A DNA stretch of 64,000 bases. It comes from Euglena gracilis (taxonomy: Eukaryota). Under the pieces are notes generated by a model. That model saw nothing but the letters and a program-made list of their open reading frames with translations. It was not told the DNA's origin and did not search any database. The DNA lies in NCBI GenBank assembly GCA_039621445.1, contig CP154954.1:5557919-5621918 (forward strand), given 5' to 3'. Both the position numbers and the translations under genes were made by a program. Below, in pieces: positions 49,470-59,836 of this stretch (the first letter of the stretch is position 1; the number at the start of each line of letters is the position of its first letter).

Positions 49470-49856
49470 ATTATGCTGTTAGGAAAGTTTGTATGGAGGA
49501 AATTGAGAAGGAATTTCGGGTTAAGGCGGAACGGGATTGTTTTGCAACCAGCCAAAATACCAGGTGTGAAAAGTTTTACGGGGAGGATGATGATGCCATG
49601 AAAAAGGATTGGGGGGCGGAGGAAACGTTGTGGATGAACCCCCCCTGGACTTTGTGGCCTGAGGTGGCTGAAAAATTGCAAAATTCCAATTGTCGGGCGA
49701 TTTGTATTTGCCCAGACTGGAATAGGAGGTGGGTGAAAAATCTGGTGGCTATGGCTGTCAAAAAGATTTATTTTCCCAAGGGGACAAAGTTGTTTGAGGC
49801 TGATGGGAGGATTTTGAGGGGTACCCGTTGGGGGGTGTGGGCCTTGTTGATCGATA
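49470..49856 (+). CDS. Dam-like N6-adenine methyltransferase domain of Pol (copy 2)
   Basis: DCFA and WMNPPW (NPPW at 49637-49648), ICPDW. Confidence 0.88.
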
Positions 49857-52800
49857 GAAGGCAACCCTCCCAGGGGGGGGCAACCCCAGGGAAGAAAAAA
49901 TTGGTTCGGCTGAAAAAAAGAATGTTGAGGGGGACAAAAACTCGGGGAGGAGCAAAGAAACTCGGGGAGGACAGACAACTACTGGTGAAAACCCAGATTA
50001 GGTTGGCAAATGGGGAGGAAAAAACGGCCAGAATTTTGATTGACACGGGGGCGGAGGCAAACCTCATTCGACAAGGGTTGATAGGGGACCACCTAATGTA
50101 TCCTGCTAAGGACCCGTTAAGGTTTGAAACTGCCAATGGGCAAAATTTGGCGGGGGGGAGCAGATGTGCTAAGGTGAAAATGATCCTTCAACAAAATTGG
50201 AATGAGGAAAGGGAAATTGAGTGTGTGGAATATGAGGTTGAATTTTATGAGGCAAACATCAAAGTTGATGCCATTCTTTCTTATCCATGGTTGGCGGAGG
50301 CAAAACTGGGAATTTTTCCACACCACAAGGCGTTGGTGAAAGACAGCCCCGACCTGATTTTTTTGCGGGGTGTTGAAAGACGGAGGGGTCCGCAAAAATT
50401 CAGGGATGACACAAATTTTTCAGTGGACAATGTGACTGTGGCGGACGGGTCTTCGTTTGGGTTGCAAAAACTTGGTCTTTGTTTGCCATTGGAAGGGTTG
50501 GACCAGGAATTGCAATTTTTGAGTGATGAGGACCTGGGGGAGGTTGCCACAAATTTGGAGGGAAGTGACCCCCCAGTGCAAGTTATCAACCGAATGATAA
50601 TTGCAAGGGAGGGGGAGGACAAAAAAGAGGAGGAACGGGTAGTCAAGTTGAGGGAACAAGTTTTGGAAGATTACCGGGGGACGGTATTTCGGTCATCGCC
50701 ATTTCCAGACCCCCCCGAAAGAGGACAATATGGTTATGCATACATACCTTTGAAGGAGGGGGCAAAGCCAACCAGACAGAAGCCTTTTTTCATGCACGGT
50801 GAGCGGAAAGAGGCACTTGAAAAAATCACACAAGACTGGCTCGACAAAAAATACATTGAGCCAGCCACAGCCAAAAATTCTGAATGGCTGTCCCAGACTT
50901 TTCCAGTTCCAAAAAAATCCAACGATTTTCCTTGGAGGGGGGTGGTGGACCTCAGGGGCCCAAACAGCCAAACAAGGCGATGCAACTACCCCCTACCCAA
51001 AATTGAAGACATTTTGGTCAAACATGGTGCAAACCAAATGTTTTCGATCATCGATTTGAAGCAAGCTTTTCACCAACAACCTTTACACCCAGAAAGTCGA
51101 CCCATAACGTGTTGTTTTACCCCCAAAGGCATTTTTCAGTGGAGGGTGAACGTAATGGGTTTGACAAATGCCCCCCAGCAATTTCAGCAAATGATCGATG
51201 ACCGTTTGACACCAGTAAGGGATATCGCCACAGGGTACATAGACGACATACTGGTGGGGACAACGGTCGGGGAAGGGGAGGACCTGGTGGGGGCACACGA
51301 AAAAGATTTGAGGAGGGTGTTGGAGGTGCTCAAAACAGAACTTTTGGTGGCTGATGAATTCAAAGCCAAACTTTTTGTGGAGGAGGTTGAATTTTGTGGA
51401 CAAATTTTAGGAAACGGGACTAGGAGGCCTGCACCGGGTAAGTTACGAGCGATCGAAAAGTGGGAGGTTCCAAAAACAATTACGGCTTTGAGAGCCTTTT
51501 TGGGATTCACAAATTATTACAATGCATACATTCACATGTATGCGGAAGTAGCTGCCCGGTTGCAAGACAAATTGAAAGTCCCCAGGGAGGTGGGAAAGAA
51601 AGGAAGTCGAAAACCTGTGGAATTTGATGGGGAGGATTTAAAAGCTTTTGAGGAGCTGAAAAAAAGGTTGTGTTCGGGCCTAATGTTGCAACGGGTAGAC
51701 CCAGATAAACCCTTTGTGCTAAGGGTTGATGCCAGTGGGTACGCCGTGGGGCAACGTTAGAGCAAATGAAGGAGGGGGGAGGAAGACCCACAGCCCAGGA
51801 TGTGATTGAGAAAAAAACTGTGCCAGTGGCTTTTATGTCTCGAAAATTGACCGAGGGGCAAAGAAAATGGACCCCCAGGGAGTTGGAGACGTACGCCATA
51901 ATTTTGGCACTACAAAAATGGGAGAGTTGGATTGGATTGCAACCCGTTTTGGTTTTAACCGACCACCAAAGTTTGGAGTCTTGGACAAGGGAAGTCCTAG
52001 ACACCCCCAGTGGTCCGGTTGGGAGGAGGGCGAGATGGCATCAAATTTTCTCCAAGTATGCATTGACGGTGGGATATATCCCGGGTAAAGAAAATACCAT
52101 AGCGGATATCCTTAGTCGGTGGGCATACCCAGCTTCACAGGCCCTAAGGGATATAAGTAAGCACGGGTCAGCCGAAGACAAGGATGAAATGGAAAATTTT
52201 ATCCGGGAGGAAAAAGAAGAGGAAAAACAGTGTTTGGAGATAAGAATCAAAAACCAGCCCAATTTACGTAATGCCTGGATACGGGGGGTGACAACCCGTA
52301 GTGGCAAAAACGTAACACCTGAGGAGGAAAAAGGAGAGTGCACAAGGAGGGGAACCGAGGGTGGGGTAGACCCAGGAGGAAAAGACACCCCTGTGGACAC
52401 CCACTCACAAGGGCCCAGGAAAGAAAAGAAACGAGTTCATTTTTGGGATGAGAAAGTGGGGGGGGAGACGACCCCTGTCCCGGAGACGGCTGAAAGTTCG
52501 AGGGGGGACACTCGTATGGAAGTGGGGGACGCCCTGCCAAGTACGACCCCTAAGGATATTAAGCCCGTATGGGAGCGTGATTGGGGGGAAGCATATTCCC
52601 GATGCCCCACATGGAAAGAAAAATGGGTAGCTACCAAAGGCGATTCAATTTGGCCAAAGGGTTTCAAAGTGCTAAATGGCCAATTGTTTTTCGAGGAAAA
52701 GTTGTGTGTGCCTGAAAGTTTTCAACACTTGGTGATTCAAGAAATTCACGAGTTTTTGGGGCACGTTGGCCCTGAAAAAGTTTGGAAACACATGGCAATC

Positions 52801-54507
52801 CGTTTTGTTTGGGCTGATGAAAAGGCTGCAAAGCAACTCAACCAAAATTGCAGCAAAAATTGTTCCACATGCCAAGCGAGTGTGAGGGGGGAGAGTTTGA
52901 AAGGACCGATCGAGTCCACACCCATACCCCCTGCACTAATGACAAGTGTTGCCATCGATTTGTTTCGAATGCCAAGGGTTTTACACGATGGGGGGGAGTA
53001 CGACACCCTAGCCCTTTGTGTGGATAGGCATTCGGGTTGGATTGTGGGGGTTGCATGCAAGGACAAGGGATTAACCGGTGCCAAGTTGGCTAAGGAAATG
53101 GTGAAAAATCAGTGGAGGCCTTTTGGGGTTCCCTCGGTCATCTCAAGTGACCAAGGGAGCCATTTCACAAGCACTTGGTGGAAAAACATGTGTGCACTTT
53201 TGGGGATTAGGCAAGCGTATTCCCAAGCATACCACCACCAAGCAAACGGGAGGGTTGAGAGAGCCGGACAACAGGTAATGGAGGTGTTGAGAAAATTGTA
53301 CGTGGAGGAAAAAATTAATTGGGTTGAAGCTTTACCCCAAGTTTTGGACCGAATTCATGACGTAAAGGGGGAAAGCGGATTGAGCCCATATGAAATTGTG
53401 ACTGGAAGGGAAAGACCATTGGCAGGGGTACCCTACCAACCACCCAAAGAATGTGAGGATTCGGTGGAGTTTTTCCGAAGGATGCAAGACATTGATGGGA
53501 GGGTGGCTAGGATACTCAACAAAAAGCACGAGGAGGAGGTGGCAAGGATAAATTAGGGGCGGTTAGGAAAGGAACCCCTAAAGGTGGGGACGACGGTTTG
53601 GTATAGGAGACCCGAGGGGTCGGGTGAGAAGCTTGACTCTAGGTGGGTGGGACCTGGGGTCGTGAAGGGTAGAGAAGGGGAACGGAGTTATGTAATTGAG
53701 ATGAAATCTGGGGTGGAGACGAAAGCTCATAGGAGTTTTTTGAAGAAGTATGGGGAACCCCAAGTGGAAGGTAAGGGGGTGCCTCTTTTTTATTATAAAC
53801 GAACCGAAAAAGAAGAAGAGGCATTACCTGATGAGTGGGAGGTGGAAAAAATTCTAAGGCACCGGAAAGGAAAAGATGGAAAATGGGAATTTTTGACCAA
53901 GTGGGTCGGATATGAGGACGGGGAGGAAACCTGGGAACCGGCAGGAAATTTCATTCACAGATTCAGTGGGGAGTTTGTGAAGTATTCCCGTGAGAAAAAA
54001 GTGAAAATGGACATAATGTCCGAACTTAAAATTGACGGTGGGCCATAGGCTCTAAGGTGAGCCATAAGGCCCTGTCCAAGGCTCTACGGTGAGCCTAATG
54101 GGAAGGCAAAGTGCTGTTTTTAAAATTCAAAAACCCGATTTGCACGTCCGTGTGGGTGTGAGTGCACGCACACACGCATGAGCGTGTAAAGGAGAGAATG
54201 TACAAATGCAAGGATTTGCAAGGAGAATAAAAAAAAAAAAAAAAGGCCCCGCAAGGGGGCCGGGGCCACCTCAGTATATTCGCCGCCGCATTGCTGTTGT
54301 ACTCGCCCCACTGCATGCTGCACTTATTTGTACTGTACTCCCCCACTGCGCTTTATTTTGTCACCGCGTATATACCCCACTGCGCCTATATTTGCCGTCC
54401 TCTCTCTCTCTCTCTCCGGTGTTGTTGTAGGTTCGGAGATTGATTCTTTGAGATGATGGGTTACATTGTGTTTGGGTGTCCTTGGTCACATAATGAGCCC
54501 CCCTACG

Positions 54508-54860
54508 GTTTGACAAAAAATCCCCCCGGCCCGAGGAGGGGGGGGGGCACTTGGATTTTTAAAATCCCCCCGGCCCGAGGAGGTGGGGGGGCGCTTGATT
54601 TTTTGACAAAAATCCCCCCGGCCCGAGGAGGGGGGGGGGGCGCTCGATTTTTTGAAAAAAACCCCCCCGGCCGGGGGGGGGGGGGGGGGGGGCGCTAGAT
54701 TTTTTGACAAAAATCCCCCCGGCCCGAGGAGGGGGGGGGGGCGCTTGATTTTTTGACAAAAATACCCCCGGCCCGAGGAGGGGGGGGGGGCGCTCGATTT
54801 TTTGACAAAAATCCCCCCGGCCCGAGGAGGGGGGGGGGCGCTCGATTTTTTGACAAAAAA
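54508..54860 (+). repeat. About 42-bp C-tract/G-tract tandem repeats in the 3'UTR of copy 2
   Basis: About 8 units are visible. Confidence 0.9.
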
Positions 54861-55125
54861 ACCCTCATACCACCCGTGAGAAGCGGGGGGGGGGGGCAGC
54901 CAAATATTCATTGCTTGGTGAACCGAGTTTTTCCCAAAGGTTCGAAGGCACTTGAAAGCCATAGTCCCTGAATTTTGTTTCCCATTTGTTGAATCAAGGA
55001 AGAATGGGTGTGGGACATAGGCTTTGGATGAAAGAGTGCCGAATGGAGGATTTCCCCCCCATTGTTGAGGAACGGGGGGGGGGGGGCGAGTTTTTGGTGT
55101 CCGACCAAGGTCGCAAGGGAGGGGG

Positions 55126-55953
55126 TGTCGGCCGCCGGCTTTCGCCGGCAGCCAAAAATTGCCAGAAAGCGCAAATTCCAAAGTCGCGGGTAACAGCCAA
55201 TCAGTTAAAAAAACCCGCGACTTAAATTGGAAGCGGGTCAAATTACTTTGCGCTTTCAAATTCTTTTTTTTCACAGAACTTGAGGGGTTTTCCCCATTTT
55301 TTGGCAAAGAAGAAATACATTGAATTGGATTTGATCAATCACATTGTTGAATTGGAATTGGCAGTTACATTGTTGGTCATTGCATTGTTGGTGGAGTCAT
55401 TGAAGGCAATTTGGTATTGAAATCAAGAAGGAGAACCTACAACACCACCCTCACCGCCACTTCTATTCCCTATACCCCTCTTCCTTGCCCCAGGTTGTTT
55501 TTTTCATTACATTCAGTCACTCTCACAGATTTCAAACAGTGTGATTGCTTCTCCAGTGGGTTGGGATTCATTTCAGCTTCAGTGGGTTGGTTTGTGGGTT
55601 GGTTTGTGCAAGGGAGTGTGAGAGTGAGAAAGAGAGAAAAGTGAGATTTCAGAAAGAAAAGTTCGATTTCATTGCAAATGGCAGATTTTTCGGTGTTCAC
55701 CAAATTTTCAGAAAACATTGAAAAAACGATCCTACGCGCCGGCTGGGGTTGGGGAAACCACCTGGGTGAAAAAATGGGGGTTGGCTTGAGCCCACCAATT
55801 CCCCGAGAAAGCGCAGGCCCCACCCCGGAAACACCCACCCCCCTGCTGTCGGTGGTTATCCACGACGGCGAGGACCCCCCGGGCCCTCGGCCCACCGGGA
55901 CTCGCCGGTCGCGGGGGCGACCGGCGGCGCACAGGGGGTGGGGCCGGTGAACA
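55126..55953 (+). repeat. Family-B LTR3 (828 bp)
   Basis: TGTCGGCC...GAACA followed by the ATGG TSD; closest to LTR1. Confidence 0.95.
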
Positions 55954-55957
55954 ATGG

Positions 55958-58900
55958 TCGTGGGGGTATCTCCTCCACTTCCATGTCGACATCCGGTCTA
56001 GGAGGTTGATCCTCCACAACCGCTGGCGCAGGTACTACGGGAGGTTGATCCTCCGCTGTAGCTGGTGCGACAGATGGCTCTGTCGGCTGGGGTTCATCCC
56101 CTGAAGATGGTTGCACTGCTGCCGGAGATGGGGGTGCGGGGACACCGACATCTGGTGTCTCCACGACCTCGGCGGCGGAGCTTGATGCTACGCCTCCACC
56201 TCGTGGCGTTAGTGCAGCAGCCACGGCAGTAATGCCGGTGACGACGGCGCCGAGCACACGGCCTTCTAATGAGGTGCGTGCTGCGGGGCTGGTAGGTTCT
56301 TCGAGGATATCCTCGACGACCATACCAGTCACCTCGGCTGGAGGCTCAGCCGTTGGAACAGGCGTAGCAGCCCCAGGTATATCCCCTGCGGGTGCTTCGT
56401 CTGGCCTAGGCTGTGCCAGAGTAGGCAGAGCAGCGTAGAGGATATCCTCCACGTTCTCACCTACCTCCTCAGGAAGTTCCTGGTCTCCACCTACCGGTGG
56501 ACAGACGGAAGCCGCCGCGGGAGCCGGGGAAACCGATCATTCTCCTGCCGCTCGAGGGGCAGAGACGAAGGATACAGCCGTTCCTGTCGGAGACGGCGGC
56601 GCTGCCTCTAGAATGGTGACGGAGGGGCTGCGGTCGCGTACCTCCCGCCGCGGAATCGCGGTGGTGGAAGCGACTGACGCCTCCCGTCTCCTTCGCGCCA
56701 GAGGTTCATCCTCTGGGGCGATGAAGGCGCGCAGATCCTCGGGCGAACGAGGACCGTCGGGGTGCCATCGACATCCCTGAGCGTCCGCCAGCCTGTAAAA
56801 TGCCAGCGTACTGCTGCTGGCGCTGTTGGGCCAGGGTGGCGGCCATGATGGCTGCACCCAGGCGTTGGCAGGCCTGTTCGCGCCCAGGAAGCTGCGGTAA
56901 CGCGTGTCTTCCCAGACCTCGAAAAGCCCTCCTCGAACTCCTGAACGCATGCCAGAATCGGCATACGCTGTTCGAGGATGGCCTTCGGGTGACACATCAG
57001 CGGAAGGAATACCTCCCGGTTGAGGGTACCGCCAAACTGCCGCCGCAAATGTTCCTCCAGGCTGCTATCAGCCAGGTGCCAGTTGGGGCGCAGGTGGCCG
57101 AGAATCTGACGACGAGGACCCTCGATGGCGTCACCGTAATCCGGTGGCAGGCTTTCCATTCCAGGCCTATCGTCCTGGGGATCACGGAGATGTATATACA
57201 CCTCCATGACTTAGGTGGTCCAGGCTCGCCACCAGAACTGCTGCAGCATAAAAATACGCTGCTTGTGGACGCGGCGACTTCTGCCCCGGACATCCGGGGC
57301 GTCGCGGCACACACGCATAAGCATGTGGCGTCCCATCTCCAGGCCCGGGTTATCCCGAGGCGGTGGAGGACTTCCGGGCACGCCGAATCCCCAGAAGTCG
57401 ACAGGAAATTCCTGCCGGCAGTACTTACAGCAGAGGTCATACCTCTGCGGGTAAGCCAGGGAAACGCGCTTAACGCGGAAGGTGGAGCCGTAATGGTTCA
57501 CCAGCCACACCTGGAGGTTGTTGCACCACAACACCTCGATCAGGCGTTCGACGCCGGGATGTAGTGGGTAGAATTCCCACTGCACGCCGAGGGGTCCGAC
57601 TGTATGAATACAATCGAAGTAGGCCTTCAGCCTCCGGGCCAACACATGCTGGTCCCGTAATCCCAACTGGTGCAGGTAACTGCGACCAGTGGAATCGCTG
57701 AAGAGACCCCAGTTCTGGCAGGGGTATCCCAGCCAAAACCAGAGCTCCCAGAAACCCGGCTGGGCATCCAGCAAGGGTCTGCCACCTTCACCTTCGAAGC
57801 CGTACAGATCTTTTCCGTAAGGGAATAGTCTGACTCGGTTCTCGGTGTGGCGTAATACCACATCGATGACTGCCTGTGGAGGAGTGACGGGGCGGTTTCC
57901 TGCAACATGGTAATCATGCTGCATTCGCCAGCCTTCGTCCTCCAGCTCCTCCTTGAACCTGAGCATATGCTCAAAGTCCGAGAGGACTTCTGCTGGTTCC
58001 TCTTCTTCCTCACGTGCTGTTCCCTTACCTTTACCCTCACCCTTCCCTTTGCCGGCCACGCCTTTGCCTTCTCCCTTGCCTTTGCCCTCGGCCCTGCCTG
58101 TGTCCTTTCCCGTCTGGCGAATACCAGAGGGTCGGGCGCTCGGTGCCGCAGGAGTCGGTTCGGTTCCTTCCCATTCCATCTCTGGGGAGGGACCTGGCCG
58201 CTCCGCTGCACGTCGCGGTGATGGCGTGGCTGGGCGTTGGCTAGGAGTCTGGCGTGGGCTTGGCTTCGACGCAGGGGGTCGCGGCTCCTTCCATACCGGA
58301 GGGATTGGCGGTGGCATTGCGGCAACAGGACGGCTCATCGCCACCTGTGCCTCCGGTGGTCGTCCAGCCGGGGTATCCTGGCTGGCTTCCACCTGCATTG
58401 CCACACCGCCGTCCGCGTCCCGTGGGCTGGGTCGCCTGGGTTGTGTGGAAAGGTTCTCCGTAGTCCTGTCGCGCTTCAGGGTGGCAGGTAATGCTGCCAC
58501 ACCTGCCGGGGGCTCACCGGGTAATACCGGGGTTGCCACCCGCAGCTGCGGCTGGTACGGATGTTAGGGGGTGTATCCACGGCCCTGAAGGGCAGCCAGA
58601 GAGGAGTAATACCTCGTCCGGTGCTCTTCAGACGCGAATACTGGCTCCTGCAGGAAGTGCCGAGCAAGCTCATCCTGCTCGGTTCCCGGAGGTGCCATGT
58701 GATAGTAGGGAGTCTCCTGCCGACGGGGGATATCCCCAGTCTGGACAGGAGCTGCACTGGGCGGTCGGGCTGCCTCACGGTGGGGAGGTTCATCCACCAC
58801 CACTATGGGCTCCGCCTGCCGCCGTGGCTCAACGCCAGGGGCAGGGGCGACCGGTGATGCCTGTGACATGTGTTGGACGTATGCCTCAGGGGGCACGTCC

Positions 58901-59640
58901 GACTGTCCGGCCGGGAGCACGCGTGCGCCGCGCGGGTAATCCGCGTGCGTCGCGTACCGCGAGACAAATTGCTCCGCTGGCGACTCGCGCGGCGGCATTC
59001 GCTGCGGCGAGAGCGGGCGAGCAAAAATTCTCGTCATCCCAGGTGGGACATGCACAGCCTCACCTACCGGTGGGGGCGTGTGCTCACGCATGTGCACGGT
59101 GTGGGATCCCACCGGCGTCTGCGTTTGCAGCATGGGCGGCACATACACGCCCAGGTCCATCATTGTCTCGCCAGGCTCGAATCAGGAATCGGATGCCGAC
59201 GAGAAATACCGTCTCCCCGTCATCAGGGCTTGACCACAGGGACACCACTGAGCCACCGGGGTGTTGGCTACCACCAACAACTCAGCACAGTACGCATCCC
59301 AAAGGGCTTGCATAAAGGGCTCCGTTGGGGGGTGTGCGCACATACGCATCGCCCGCTCCAACGTCTCCGTAGTGCGGAAGATCATCTCTCCCGCATACGG
59401 GGGCAGGCGCGATCTGCGCTGCGCTGGTGGCTGAGGTGCCGGCTGCTGGACGGCAGATGGATCTGGTACCGCATATGCTGACCGGCTGCTGGTAGCCGCG
59501 GCGAATACCGGGGCTGAAACCCTCTCAGCATGTGGGGCACCCGAAATCGGGGCCTCAGCATACTGAGGGTACTGGGGGTATGGCGCGCCAGAAGGCTGCG
59601 GCCATGGTGGACCTGGTCCAGGTCCGCGCCCAGGCAGCAT
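55958..59640 (-). pseudogene. N-terminal and central part of family-D ORF3 (conserved domain 1)
   Basis: ORFs 59182-59640, 58564-59163, 57211-58539 and 56608-57207 are all in one frame, separated by stops. One frameshift leads to 56537-56995 and 55856-56452. Confidence 0.82.
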
Positions 59641-59836
59641 GATGCTACCCGAACGACGACGACAACCAAGGGTAACCTTGTTGTCAGTCGCTGTGAGTGC
59701 TGGTGCACTGAAAAAAAGTAGGCTTCTATCTTAATTAAAAACTCTGCGAGAAAGATAGAGAAAGAAGGAAGTGCAGGGGGGGTATAAACGCGAAACATTC
59801 ACATAAAACACACGCATTCTCCAAAACGAAATCGTT

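Larger units (their letters stand above)
48581..54048 (+). pseudogene. pol: Family-B pol, copy 2: C5-MTase, Dam-like MTase, PR, RT, RH, IN, chromodomain
   Basis: Uninterrupted 1053-aa ORF 48599-51760 covering both MTases, PR and RT. 1-nt deletion near 51746; TAG at 53554-53556 (AAG in copy 1). Confidence 0.96.
32558..55953 (+). mobile_element. Family-B tandem dimer LTR-internal-LTR-internal-LTR (23.4 kb)
   Basis: Three LTRs and two highly similar internal regions. 4-bp TSD ATGG at 32554-32557 and 55954-55957. Removing the insert restores the ORF3 frame EIPPRP-STPRRVP. Confidence 0.96.

Noticed and set aside
55958-59640. ORF3 as an envelope gene or host gene
   Set aside because: No visible signal peptide or transmembrane segment, no introns, and both copies lie inside elements upstream of the PPT.
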